Shown here piece by piece: positions 1 through 9,544 of a stretch of 64,000 nt of DNA. How positions within the stretch are numbered: position 1 is the stretch's first letter; every line of letters begins with the position of its first letter. Under the pieces are notes generated by a model that made no database searches, had not been told where the DNA came from, and saw nothing but the letters and a program-made list of their open reading frames with translations. Both the position numbers and the translations under genes were made by a program. The DNA is from an uncultured virus (IMG/VR IMGVR_UViG_3300030101_004109) (lineage: Duplodnaviria > Heunggongvirae > Uroviricota > Caudoviricetes): IMG/VR virus record IMGVR_UViG_3300030101_004109; one strand, given 5' to 3'.

Positions 1-369
1 GTTCGCATGACTATTGGCCCTAAAAACATAAAGACGCCTTTTATTCACCAGTTAGTTCTTTTGGCTTTTGTGGGGCCTCGTCCCGAGGGTTACCTAACGC
101 GCCATTTAGACGGATGCCCTCAGAACAATGTCATATGTAACCTAGCCTGGGGTACTTACAAGCAAAATGCAGATGATAGAAAGGTTCATGGAACGAATAA
201 AGTCGGCGAGGATAACCCCAATAGCAAGATAACAGAAGATATAGTAAGAGAGATTCGAGTTTTGTGCAAAGGTTCTTTAAAGCAAAGAGAAATCGCCGCT
301 AGATTCGGCATATCCCAACAGGAAGTTAGCCAAATAAAGCGGCGATTGATTTGGAAGCACGTAGATTAA
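1..369 (+). CDS. HNH homing endonuclease with C-terminal HTH (probably 5'-truncated)
   Basis: IHQLVLLAFVGPRP...RHLDG..NN...NLAWGT..N..D HNH signature; C-terminal QREIAARFGISQQEVSQI HTH; frame open to window edge. Confidence 0.85.
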   Translation, partial: VRMTIGPKNIKTPFIHQLVLLAFVGPRPEGYLTRHLDGCPQNNVICNLAWGTYKQNADDRKVHGTNKVGEDNPNSKITEDIVREIRVLCKGSLKQREIAARFGISQQEVSQIKRRLIWKHVD

Positions 370-1340
370 AAGATGCTGACCTTGTTAGAGGGTAGCGCCA
401 AATCTTGCGGAAGCTGAGTTCCCGCCCCTCCTGGCCTGGATGCAAGCGTTTCTGCCTGCAGGGGGCTGGATGGCTTCGGGTTACGGTTGGGGTACTTAGT
501 TAGCATCCGGCTTTCGATGATTTCATCAATCTCTTTGATGTCATTATCGGTAGCGTTGGGGTTAGCCGACAGGAACCCTTGCATCAGTCGGTAGTAATCA
601 TCCATGGCCTGATCGTACCTTTCGTCGCCAACCATGTGAGGCATCGCAGACTCGAAAAGCTGCACGGCCTTTTCTACTTCGTACTGCTCCGTCTGTTCCC
701 GAAGCTGTTTCAGTTCATGCTGCAGCTTACGGTTTGCTTGCCGTTCGCGCATAATATGCTCGTTAAGCTGGCCCTGGTAGTGGTTGTGAACCGCTTTTTC
801 TCTACCTTGAAGCTGTTGGGCAAACTCAGCCAGCTTACGGTTATGCTGGTAGAACTGATTTGCTTCTTGCGTTCTTTGGTTAAGCCGCTGGTTGAACTGG
901 TTCAGCCGTCCACCCAAAGACTGAAGCTGGGTTTTATAACCCGTCTCCAGCGCTTTGAATCGATCGTCTGCTGTGGCGTCTTCGGACGAAGCCGATTCCA
1001 GAGAGTTTAGCGTTTCTGCTAATCGCTGCTGCATGGACTGGACTTGCTCATACGCGGCGTCGAGCTGGCGGCTTTTCTGCGATTGCGCCGTAGTATGCTT
1101 ATGCAAAGCAGCAGTAGCATTATTTCTAACTCTTTCGTAGCCAGAGGTAATAGCACTTCTGACATTTTCGTCCAGACCGCTAAACCACTCCTGCTCGTTT
1201 AAGCTGGGTAGTTCCCCATTCCAGTTATAGTCAACCGGCGCAGAAGGCGCTTCGGCCACTTCTGCTTGTACCGGGGTTTCTACGGGGGCGGCTTCGACTG
1301 AACCTAAATCGGAAGGGGTGTTTGGTTGCTCGTCCGACAT
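366..1340 (-). CDS. Putative capsid scaffolding protein
   Basis: Acidic Pro/Ala N-terminus and long Gln-rich coiled coil; last gene of the terminase-portal operon; strong RBS AAGGAGA; function inferred from context. Confidence 0.55.
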   Translation of the reverse strand: MSDEQPNTPSDLGSVEAAPVETPVQAEVAEAPSAPVDYNWNGELPSLNEQEWFSGLDENVRSAITSGYERVRNNATAALHKHTTAQSQKSRQLDAAYEQVQSMQQRLAETLNSLESASSEDATADDRFKALETGYKTQLQSLGGRLNQFNQRLNQRTQEANQFYQHNRKLAEFAQQLQGREKAVHNHYQGQLNEHIMRERQANRKLQHELKQLREQTEQYEVEKAVQLFESAMPHMVGDERYDQAMDDYYRLMQGFLSANPNATDNDIKEIDEIIESRMLTKYPNRNPKPSSPLQAETLASRPGGAGTQLPQDLALPSNKVSIF

Positions 1341-1367
1341 TATATCTCCTTTAACTTTTACGGCTGG

Positions 1368-1814
1368 TCAGACCATAGGAACTTTGTTGGCGTTGCCCTG
1401 TCCCTGAGTAGTCTTAATCAGGTTAACCAGATCGTCAACCATATCAGGACTAGCAGCAAGTGCGGCGAGTAGACCTTCCATGCCCCCGGCCTGCTCCATA
1501 AGACCAGACTTTTCAAGGAAGCTCATAAGCTCCTCTTCGGTGACGCCTGCCTTTTCGGCAAGTTCTGCGGCGGTCATCATCTTAGCAGGCTTAGCGGCAG
1601 GCTTGTCGGCAGTTTCAACAGCAGCAGTTTCGACTGCTTCTTCTTCAACTGCGGGCATTTCGGCCTTTGGCCCAGCATCTTTCATCATCGGTTCAGCCAT
1701 TTTAGCTCCTTTCGCTTTAGGCTTACTTGGGGTTATTAACACATCACTTGTGTCGGTGTTCATAACCTTATTGATAAGGTCACGAACTTCTTCATAGCTG
1801 GGGTTTTGGGCCAT
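1368..1814 (-). CDS. Hypothetical protein (low-complexity, possible HTH MTAAELAEKAGVTEEEL)
   Basis: GAGG RBS, fits operon spacing. Confidence 0.6.
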   Translation of the reverse strand: MAQNPSYEEVRDLINKVMNTDTSDVLITPSKPKAKGAKMAEPMMKDAGPKAEMPAVEEEAVETAAVETADKPAAKPAKMMTAAELAEKAGVTEEELMSFLEKSGLMEQAGGMEGLLAALAASPDMVDDLVNLIKTTQGQGNANKVPMV

Positions 1815-1828
1815 AGCTATGCCTCTTG

Positions 1829-2221
1829 TCAGAGAGTTTTAAGGTCTTTTACAGGGCGGTTAGCAAATCTCTTTGCTATTTGAGGAGAGCGAGCGGCGTA
1901 GTCTTTCACAACTTTGTGCCTAAGCTCCTCAATTTCTACTTTTCTTTTGTACGCATTAACTGGTTCTACGCGAAGGCTTTCTGCCGATTCGCCCACATGC
2001 GTTCTCGCCATACCGGCCAGCATACGCTTTTCTTCTGCTTTAGACGAGATTATCTTTTGGCCATTGTGGTACGGACGGAAAAGCTGGAAGGTTGAGCCCG
2101 ACGCGCCGCCTTTTGACAGTCTGCGGGTCATTTCTGTATCGCAGCACACAGGCACAGGTTCGTCGTCAAACGCTTCGTCTATGCTTCTGCAACTTGTGCA
2201 AATGAATCCTATCAATAGCAT
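1829..2221 (-). CDS. Zinc-ribbon (FmdB-like) protein
   Basis: CTSC...CCDTEMTRRLS motif; such genes commonly follow phage portals. Confidence 0.6.
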   Translation of the reverse strand: MLLIGFICTSCRSIDEAFDDEPVPVCCDTEMTRRLSKGGASGSTFQLFRPYHNGQKIISSKAEEKRMLAGMARTHVGESAESLRVEPVNAYKRKVEIEELRHKVVKDYAARSPQIAKRFANRPVKDLKTL

Positions 2222-2231
2222 GTAATACTCT

Positions 2232-3881
2232 TTATTCCTGCGCCATTTGGGCGACCTGTTCTTGGTTGGGGCTCCCGTCTGCCGGGTCTACTTCGGCTGC
2301 CTGATCTGACGCTTCTGCCATTTGTTCTATCGCAGGAGGCGCTGGTTGTCCAACAGGTTCGGGGCTGTACATTGTAGAAGGTATACCAAAACCTTCCATA
2401 ATAATTTCGTAGAACTCTCGTTGATTAATGTTAGGGTTATTCATGAGCAAGTTGCTCATTTTGCCCACGACATCAGCAAGTAGCTGCGGATTGTTTTTGA
2501 TAGGTGAGTAAGGCGCAATATCGAAGTGGCCGTCAAAGTGCTGAAGGTCAATCTGGTCTAAGTCCGAGAAGGTGTCTCGGTGCTTCACAGTGTAGGGGCC
2601 CTGTCCGTATTTCTGCAGCAGGCGCATACAGCGTTCGCCCACGCGGCTAATCGCAGCCCGGAAGTTACCTTCGCGGAAAGCAACCCTGTCTCGGGCATAC
2701 GCTGAAATATCTGCGGCTTCGCGGGCTGTACGAATATTTTGTGCGGCCCCTCTCGATTGCGCTGTCAGACCCGACACAAACTGGGCGTCTCCGATCATGA
2801 TTTCGCGCGCCCTAAGTAACTGTGGGTCGAGGTTCGCTGTGGGCGTAGGAATGAACGCCTGCTCTAAGGGAGTTCCTTGAGGGCTGGTGCGCCTAATCGG
2901 AGTGTAAGACCCTGCAGGAGCATGGTAGGCTTTGGCTAAGTCGCCCATGTCAACCACACCCGAATCAACCATAATCCGGGGTAGGATTCGGTGAATGACT
3001 TGGTGCATGGTGGTGTTGATATTATTGATGGCTTCCTGCTGGGGGATAATCAGCTCCAGCTCAGAAAGGCCGTCCAAGTTACGTAAGTTATGGTTAAGGC
3101 TAAACATAGAGATTGGCTGGTCGTCAATCTCGCCTTCCCAAATAATAGTGTTGCTGGTTTCGTGCCAATGGTAAGCACGCATACCAATCATGTCGTAGAT
3201 TTCCCAGACAATAGCAATACCGAAAACTTCGTCTACAAAGCGTTGGTCTGACTGATCGCCACTAACAGCCCACTGAGGAGTAGTATCTGGCCGGACAGGT
3301 TCGGAAAGCTTACCGGGTCTTTTGTAAACTCCCAACTCTACCCGCTTTTTAAACATACGCCAGGGCATTTCTACCATGTGCGTCCAGAAGCGAGATTCCT
3401 TATGGGCTTTTGCCGCTGGGTCGTACCCAACGTGGCTAGGCTCTAACGCAAAGATTTGAGGCTTTTTATTGATTGGGTCGATAATAGTTTTAAATATGCC
3501 GCGTCTTTTAGTAAGGGCATTGTCTAGCGCAATACCACAAAGCTCCCGCATATCGTTTTCGCGAAAAACTTCGTTAATCAGATGCGTGATTCTGCCTTGA
3601 ATAGCGTGCGCTTCCGGCGTGTGCCCATTTGCGGCTACAGCTACTTCTTGTCCCAGCAAGAGAAACTTAGCCGTTTCAACGGCAGTAAAGAATAAGTTTA
3701 CGCTACTACGGGGGTCATCATGAAACTGTTTGCCCCGTGCCGAGCTTCTGCCGTCTAAGTGAAAAAACTCTCCATTATAGAATCTTTCTATCTTAGCAAA
3801 AAGAGCTTTTTCTTTGCCCAAGTAATGCCTTTTGTGCTGGCTAACCAAAACTTTGATATGGTTGGTATTCATGAAGTCCAT
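2232..3881 (-). CDS. Portal protein
   Basis: 549 aa directly downstream of TerL; GIFK, GLSELELIIPQQEAINN and VSGLT...RG...TARE portal-like motifs; Pro/Gln-rich tail. Confidence 0.85.
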   Translation of the reverse strand: MDFMNTNHIKVLVSQHKRHYLGKEKALFAKIERFYNGEFFHLDGRSSARGKQFHDDPRSSVNLFFTAVETAKFLLLGQEVAVAANGHTPEAHAIQGRITHLINEVFRENDMRELCGIALDNALTKRRGIFKTIIDPINKKPQIFALEPSHVGYDPAAKAHKESRFWTHMVEMPWRMFKKRVELGVYKRPGKLSEPVRPDTTPQWAVSGDQSDQRFVDEVFGIAIVWEIYDMIGMRAYHWHETSNTIIWEGEIDDQPISMFSLNHNLRNLDGLSELELIIPQQEAINNINTTMHQVIHRILPRIMVDSGVVDMGDLAKAYHAPAGSYTPIRRTSPQGTPLEQAFIPTPTANLDPQLLRAREIMIGDAQFVSGLTAQSRGAAQNIRTAREAADISAYARDRVAFREGNFRAAISRVGERCMRLLQKYGQGPYTVKHRDTFSDLDQIDLQHFDGHFDIAPYSPIKNNPQLLADVVGKMSNLLMNNPNINQREFYEIIMEGFGIPSTMYSPEPVGQPAPPAIEQMAEASDQAAEVDPADGSPNQEQVAQMAQE

Positions 3882-5686
3882 CCAGCGCCGGGAGCCCAGG
3901 GATTATCGGAGTCCCCGTTAAGTCTCCTACGGCGCTTTCTCAAATTGTTGTCTAGCGTTGCCATTCTCATTCTAAGTTCAGCGTCCGCCAAAAGACTTAG
4001 GTTAGCTTCTTGTTCTTTAAGCCTATCGCGAAGCTCGGAATCTGTCAAGTGTCTTGGCCAGTTCAGCCTTGTTAGCGCCCAAGCAGCAATAATATACGTT
4101 CGAGCTAGGTCAAAGTGCGATGTGTTCTTACCTTTAGATATACGTCTATCTCTGTTTTTACCGTCAAAGTTGATTAGCTGCTGGATCCCGGTAAGACTAT
4201 TTATCTTAATGTCGTGGCTATTAAGGGCAACTTCCATATCGCCCTCGGCTTCTTGAATACTTTTTGATGTTGCGCGCCACCCTGGTTCTGTTCTGCCCGA
4301 TTTGTGCGTTTGGTGCCATACATTATACAAGTCTTCATTAATAGCAATACCGAGTAACGCCGCAGCATTGGACTCAATCACAACAGTATTGCCCCTGCTT
4401 TTGCCCGCTTGTCTGTATACCTGTGTAGCTTGGGCTAAAATAGCATGGAGTTCAGTTGGCTGAAAGCGGCCTTCTACGGAAGCTACTTCTTCCCAGCTAC
4501 TAACGTCAAAAACAGAAACAGCGGAATAGTCGCCCTGCGATCCGAAGTTAGCCGGGTCCACACAGAACATGTAAAAGCGTCTGGGGTTGGGTGGAACAAA
4601 CTCCCAAAGACCCGACTTGCCTTTTTGCTCGTCCCCTTTAAGCGCCCCATCTTTTAGCAAGCGTAAATATTCTGCCGCCTTTCCTGCGTAAATCTTATTG
4701 CTTTGTGTAAGCCAGCCGTCTGTGGGTCCTGGGGGGTACTTATTATCAAACCGTTCTGGCCTGTTATCAAAGGTAGCAGGAAGCGCGGCCCTTCTAAAAT
4801 ACATATGGTGCCGGGTAGCACCTTTAAGCTGGGCCACAAGTCCCAGTTCTTCTTCGGTAAGCGGGCCTAGTTCAACTGGGTCTCCGGTTTCTTCATCTAA
4901 CAAACGTCTACGTTTGTCAAGCCACCATTCAAGGAAGAGTGGTTTCCATCGCGTCGGTTGACCGGGAGGAGGATTCCAAATACTTAACCACAATCTGTTA
5001 AGACGACTACCCCAATCTCCCGGCGTTGTTTCAAGGACAACTCTAGCATTTGGCCGAGACTCTACAGCAGGGAACAGTTTTTCCTGCAATCTACCAAAGG
5101 TATCATCGTCCATTTCACAGCCTTCTGTGATATGAACCCTGTCTCGGGACTTACCAACACCGGGAGACTTAGATCCAACTGTGATAGAGGTAATCTGATT
5201 GCCGTTGGCAAACTCAATGCGTTCTCGTGTAGCCTTAGTTCCTTTCTTCAAAGGGTTTTTAAGCACTTCTGGCAGATTGTCTAAAGCGTAAATAATACGG
5301 TCCATGATTTCGTCGCAGGTGTCTCTATCCTGAGCAACGATGGCCGTCTTAATAGCCTCGCCATACATAGTGTCTCTTAGCATAAGAAGGCACACAATAG
5401 TAGAAATCATGGCCTGTCTGTACTTACTTACGTACAGCCATCGGTTATCTTGGTACGCTTGGGCCACTCGCATCTGGGCTGGAGTAGGGTCAAGCAGGGC
5501 TTTTTGGCCTTCGTTTGTTTGAATGTAGCAAGCGCGGATAAAAGAATCTGGTGCAGCAAAAAGTAAGTCTACGTGAAGCTTTTTTGCCTGATCAACCGGT
5601 TCTCCGCTTTCATTTCCATACCAAAGCTTCATCCCTTTCGGGAGTCCCTTTAGTGCAATATTGGCTAGGGCCTTGTTATAGTCCAT
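3869..5686 (-). CDS. terL: Terminase large subunit
   Basis: KYRQAMIST (variant Walker A), VHITE (Walker B), ETTP coupling motif, nuclease CVDPA..GDYSA, IESN. Confidence 0.9.
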   Translation of the reverse strand: MDYNKALANIALKGLPKGMKLWYGNESGEPVDQAKKLHVDLLFAAPDSFIRACYIQTNEGQKALLDPTPAQMRVAQAYQDNRWLYVSKYRQAMISTIVCLLMLRDTMYGEAIKTAIVAQDRDTCDEIMDRIIYALDNLPEVLKNPLKKGTKATRERIEFANGNQITSITVGSKSPGVGKSRDRVHITEGCEMDDDTFGRLQEKLFPAVESRPNARVVLETTPGDWGSRLNRLWLSIWNPPPGQPTRWKPLFLEWWLDKRRRLLDEETGDPVELGPLTEEELGLVAQLKGATRHHMYFRRAALPATFDNRPERFDNKYPPGPTDGWLTQSNKIYAGKAAEYLRLLKDGALKGDEQKGKSGLWEFVPPNPRRFYMFCVDPANFGSQGDYSAVSVFDVSSWEEVASVEGRFQPTELHAILAQATQVYRQAGKSRGNTVVIESNAAALLGIAINEDLYNVWHQTHKSGRTEPGWRATSKSIQEAEGDMEVALNSHDIKINSLTGIQQLINFDGKNRDRRISKGKNTSHFDLARTYIIAAWALTRLNWPRHLTDSELRDRLKEQEANLSLLADAELRMRMATLDNNLRKRRRRLNGDSDNPWAPGAGWTS

Positions 5687-5776
5687 AAGATCGCTCGATT
5701 TTGGTGTGGTTGACTACGGCTCGACGCCATGTTACCTATTATTCTCCCACCTATTGTCCGTCAACTGGGGCTCGCT

Positions 5777-6142
5777 GTGGCAGGTAAATACTCTCACATA
5801 GACCGCAAAGTCACAAAACAAATGTACAGTGCGGCTAAAAATGCTTTAGAAGAACGGGCAGAAACCCCTAAGTCTAAACGTGGGGGCCTCGATCCAGCAG
5901 AAGCGCGAAAGCAAGGTATTGATAGCGGCGTAACTCGTGCGCGTCAAATCGTGTCTGCCTGGAAAAATAATAAGCCTTTGTCGTTTGAAACGTGGCGCAA
6001 GGTAGCAGCGTTTAGCCGGTTTGATAACCGCCCTCCTTCTACTAAGATTCGGCAGGCTCGTGGCTTGTGGGGCGGTAAGGGCGGAACGGCTCGTGCCCGA
6101 AAGATTATGAAGCAGAAGAAAGCGGCGGATAAAAGTAAATGA
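5777..6142 (+). CDS. Small basic protein (likely GTG start at 5777)
   Basis: GVTRARQI...LSFETWRKVAAF...LWGGKGG pattern seen in phage head-region proteins; K/R-rich. Confidence 0.6.
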   Translation: MAGKYSHIDRKVTKQMYSAAKNALEERAETPKSKRGGLDPAEARKQGIDSGVTRARQIVSAWKNNKPLSFETWRKVAAFSRFDNRPPSTKIRQARGLWGGKGGTARARKIMKQKKAADKSK

Positions 6143-6618
6143 CAGCTTTAGCCCCCGTAGTTGATCTGACATGGATTAACGACGACGAGATTTTAAATAA
6201 CCTTGAAGTCATGGTCCGTCAAGGCATGTCGGTGGATCAGTGCGCCCGCATACTTGATTTGCAGGCGTCTGCTGTAGCTTTTGTCTTACAGTCAAACCCC
6301 AAGATTAAAGCCGCTTCGTTGCAGGCAGTTGACTACACACGACATAATATTACCCGCAAAGTTGTAAATAAGTCTGACAGTGTTTTAGATGTATTATACG
6401 ACATAGTTCATTCTTGCGATGAAGACGTTGTAAAAACGCGAGACAGAATCGCTGCAGCTAACTTGTACCTTAATGCTGCGGGGATGATCGGTAATAAGGC
6501 GGCCGAAGCTGAAAAGCGGATGAACCCCGAACAGAAACAAAGTACCGAGCAAGATAAGACTGCCCAGTTTATTCTTGACCGGCTGATTGACCGAGCAGTT
6601 GAGGCTAGTAATGAGTAA
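6139..6618 (+). CDS. Probable terminase small subunit
   Basis: N-terminal HTH-like segment; DRIAAANLYLNAAGM resembles TerS oligomerisation helices; next to terL. Confidence 0.55.
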   Translation: MTALAPVVDLTWINDDEILNNLEVMVRQGMSVDQCARILDLQASAVAFVLQSNPKIKAASLQAVDYTRHNITRKVVNKSDSVLDVLYDIVHSCDEDVVKTRDRIAAANLYLNAAGMIGNKAAEAEKRMNPEQKQSTEQDKTAQFILDRLIDRAVEASNE

Positions 6619-7021
6619 TTACACAAAGCCAGGATTAAGAAAACGAATCGTCGCTCGGGTTAAGGCCGGTAGTAAAGGCGGAAAGCCCGGTCAATGGTCT
6701 GCGCGTAAAGCTCAAATTGCTGCACAACGCTATAAGAAAGCAGGCGGCGGCTATAAAAAAGGCGGCAAGACAAAAAAACAGAAAGCTCTAAAAAAATGGA
6801 CTAAGCAAAAGTGGCGCACAGCATCAGGCAAAAAATCTGTTCAAGGCAAAAAAGCGAGTGGCGAAGTGTACGCACCTAGTAAAACTATATCTAAGTTAAA
6901 ATCTACAGCGGCAGGGCGTAAAAAGCTGGCCGCAGCCAACAGAAAAAAGCGGGCCGCCACGAAAAAAGGCAAGCAGTACGCGAAGCACGGGTTACACAAG
7001 GGGAAGAAACGATCTGCGTAG
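6611..7021 (+). CDS. Very basic DUF5872-like protein
   Basis: YTKPGLRKRI...GSKGGKPGQWSARKAQ...YKKAGGGY motif (family recalled, not searched). Confidence 0.75.
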   Translation: MSNYTKPGLRKRIVARVKAGSKGGKPGQWSARKAQIAAQRYKKAGGGYKKGGKTKKQKALKKWTKQKWRTASGKKSVQGKKASGEVYAPSKTISKLKSTAAGRKKLAAANRKKRAATKKGKQYAKHGLHKGKKRSA

Positions 7022-7029
7022 GAGATCCC

Positions 7030-7740
7030 GTGGGCCAGCTGAACGCAAATATGCCTTATATTCAATGCTTTATTAGAAAGGAGTTTACAGGATTAGAAGA
7101 AGATGTGATGGGTTACATATTTGGAGTTAAGTCTATGCTTAACCGCCCTTTACATTTTCACTTCCAAACTCGATTTGGTGCGACGATGTGGAACATGCCC
7201 GTGTCCGCATTTGTAAACAAAAAAGATTATGACAGGCTAGCTAAAGATGAGTCAACTCGTCTGCAGCTGCTTGAATCGTGGGATTGCCAAAGCAATAACA
7301 TAGCAGTTACCACATTTGCTTTTTTGCAAAATAAACGAGTTGATGTGTTTTGCAGAGATAAGAAGTGGCGTTCGGGTCAGTACATGACTACGATTGATGA
7401 CTACGAGGGCGACCTTAACGAGTTAAACGTAGGGTACTCTAACGACCAAGATAGTAAGTGCTTTCATTTCATTTGCTTAGATGATGGTAACTTCTGTGTG
7501 CAGCCTAACAATCTTTTGCGCTGGCACAACCCTGATTTCATAGTTCCTTACTCGAAAGATAGCCCTCCCCGATTTAACATTAATAGCGAGCAGTATTCCA
7601 GCGAAGATATTGACCGCTCTTATGGTAACTCGCCCTACTGGTTCTATGGATTTTACGATAAGCCCGGCGAGTTTACTAAGTCCGACGCGCCCCTTTCTGA
7701 CTGCGGCCAAAAATCAAAGAAGGCTACGAGCAAGAAATAG
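7030..7740 (+). CDS. Conserved phage hypothetical protein
   Basis: LNANMPYIQCFIRKE...ESWDC...LDDGNFCVQPNN; AGGAG RBS before GTG. Confidence 0.7.
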   Translation: MGQLNANMPYIQCFIRKEFTGLEEDVMGYIFGVKSMLNRPLHFHFQTRFGATMWNMPVSAFVNKKDYDRLAKDESTRLQLLESWDCQSNNIAVTTFAFLQNKRVDVFCRDKKWRSGQYMTTIDDYEGDLNELNVGYSNDQDSKCFHFICLDDGNFCVQPNNLLRWHNPDFIVPYSKDSPPRFNINSEQYSSEDIDRSYGNSPYWFYGFYDKPGEFTKSDAPLSDCGQKSKKATSKK

Positions 7741-7768
7741 CGCCCTCGTGTACAGAAATAATAATCTG

Positions 7769-7797
7769 TTGCCACAAAGCTCACGACTTGTTATAGT
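7769..7797 (+). promoter_or_regulatory. Sigma70-type promoter of capsid operon
   Basis: TTGCCA-N17-TATAGT with extended -10 TG. Confidence 0.7.
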
Positions 7798-7908
7798 TGG
7801 GGCGAGCGTTCCGAGTGACGGGTAGCCACAGTTAATGGTCCGAGTAGCTACGGGTAGACGCGGGAATAGCATCCCTTCCCTTCCTACCTATAACGAAAGG
7901 ACTAAACA

Positions 7909-8991
7909 ATGTCGTTTAGCACCCAAGACGTTCTGAACACCGTCAAGCGTACTTTTGACGGTAACGTCCTCCGCAACGTGATCGAAAAAGAACCCATCTT
8001 TGAGGAAATGCTCAAGCTTGAAAAGTTCTCCAAGGCCCAGCAGGGTGGAGATACGCTTGAGTCGACCATCATTGACTCTGCCGGTGTTACCGGTATGAAG
8101 TTTGTGTCGGGCCTTGAACAGCCTGAGCGCCGCGTGCATCAGATCACCAAGAACTACAAGGTCACTCGACAGGTTCTTGGCGGCGATATGGTCTTCTCCG
8201 ACATGGAAGAACGTACCTTGCGCCAGGACCGCGCTGCCCTTGCTTCCAAGGCTAAGGAACTTCACACCCATCTTTACGCATGGATTCTGCGTGACCTTGG
8301 TTCGTGGTTCCTGTCCGGTAAGTCCACCGGTGCTGTCTTTAGCGACAGCGACCTTCGGGACCTTCTGACCCTTAACGGTCAGATCAACAGCGGTACTCTT
8401 ACCGGTACCATCAACGGTCTTCTGTCCTTTGAAGCCCCGGCTACTCAGATTGGTACTGGGGCTCTGGTTGAAAACCTTGCCCGTCAGGCTGACATTCACT
8501 TCAACCAGTGTGAGGCAGTTTCGGCTTTCCCCACCGATGGTTTCAAGCAGATGCAGAAGGCGTACCTTCTCGCTAAGCGTAAGGATGTTGAGGGCAACGG
8601 CCCGACTCTCGCAGTTGGTGACCTTGCTTCCTATCTCAACCTTCTGGAGCATGTGCGGTCGCAGGTTCGTGTCACTTCGGACCTTGATCAGCTTACGGGT
8701 AACAGCTTCCAGACCGCTTCGTTCGGTCCCATGAAGATTACTTACTCCGAGTACATCGACCCGGCTAACTACTCTGCTCATGCAGGTAACTTCGACCCGT
8801 CGAATGGTCTCTTCATGTTCCTTAGCCCCCAGTACATCCAATACTTCACCCTTCTTACGAAGATGATTGAAGTCGCTGACTGGAAGCCTTCGGATACTCA
8901 GCGTGCCCACGTTTGTCGCTTCGACATCGACGGCAACTTCCTTGTCCGTAACCTTCCTGCCTTCGCAACTGTTGTCAACACCGCAAGCTGA
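7909..8991 (+). CDS. Major capsid protein
   Basis: 360 aa, strongly biased codon usage, own promoter and AAAGGA RBS; GGDTLE, INGL and MFLSPQYI motifs typical of HK97-fold coats. Confidence 0.8.
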   Translation: MSFSTQDVLNTVKRTFDGNVLRNVIEKEPIFEEMLKLEKFSKAQQGGDTLESTIIDSAGVTGMKFVSGLEQPERRVHQITKNYKVTRQVLGGDMVFSDMEERTLRQDRAALASKAKELHTHLYAWILRDLGSWFLSGKSTGAVFSDSDLRDLLTLNGQINSGTLTGTINGLLSFEAPATQIGTGALVENLARQADIHFNQCEAVSAFPTDGFKQMQKAYLLAKRKDVEGNGPTLAVGDLASYLNLLEHVRSQVRVTSDLDQLTGNSFQTASFGPMKITYSEYIDPANYSAHAGNFDPSNGLFMFLSPQYIQYFTLLTKMIEVADWKPSDTQRAHVCRFDIDGNFLVRNLPAFATVVNTAS

Positions 8992-9019
8992 TAACAAGTA
9001 AAACTTCAAGGAGCATAAA

Positions 9020-9526
9020 ATGGCTGCAAGACTTTTTCCTTTTGCTCGCGCTATCGTTGATTTCAAGGTCACTGATACGTGGGATCCTGCCGGTACCGAC
9101 CATCGTAAAGACGAGTGGATCGGTGGCGTTTACTACGACTACGATGCTACTGATGGCTACCTCGTCTACCGCTGTGTGAAGAACACCTCTTCTGCCACTA
9201 TTGGTAGTGGTCTTATGGTTACCACCGAAGCGGGTGAAACTAACATTGACCATGTCATCATCGGGGCCGCTACTCAGCATCGTCCTCGTGTTCGTGGCGT
9301 TACCGTTAGTTCTATTGCTGTGGGCCATTGTGGATTCGTTATCTGCAAGGGTAAGGCAACGGCTAAGAACACTACCGGTTCCGTTATTGCGGCTAACGCT
9401 GCTATTAAGACCGTGGCTAACGGTCTTATCGATGACGCTGTTATCGGCACCGATGCTATTATCGGCAGTAACTTTGCTGAGATTGCTGATGGCGCTTCCG
9501 GCAAGGTCTATCTAGACGTTCTGTGA
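9020..9526 (+). CDS. Capsid decoration/cement protein
   Basis: Follows MCP with the same codon bias; beta-rich GV...IA....GFV..KG pattern. Confidence 0.6.
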   Translation: MAARLFPFARAIVDFKVTDTWDPAGTDHRKDEWIGGVYYDYDATDGYLVYRCVKNTSSATIGSGLMVTTEAGETNIDHVIIGAATQHRPRVRGVTVSSIAVGHCGFVICKGKATAKNTTGSVIAANAAIKTVANGLIDDAVIGTDAIIGSNFAEIADGASGKVYLDVL

Positions 9527-9544
9527 TTAAAGCGTAAATCGCCT

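Noticed and set aside
5395..5430. Inactive terminase because Walker A reads KYRQAMIST
   Set aside because: Walker B, coupling and nuclease motifs are intact, and deviant Walker A motifs are known among terminases
7888..9072. 394-aa antisense ORF over the major capsid gene (likewise 44784..45641 and 53585..54166)
   Set aside because: Shadow frames produced by the codon bias of highly expressed sense genes; no protein motifs recognised
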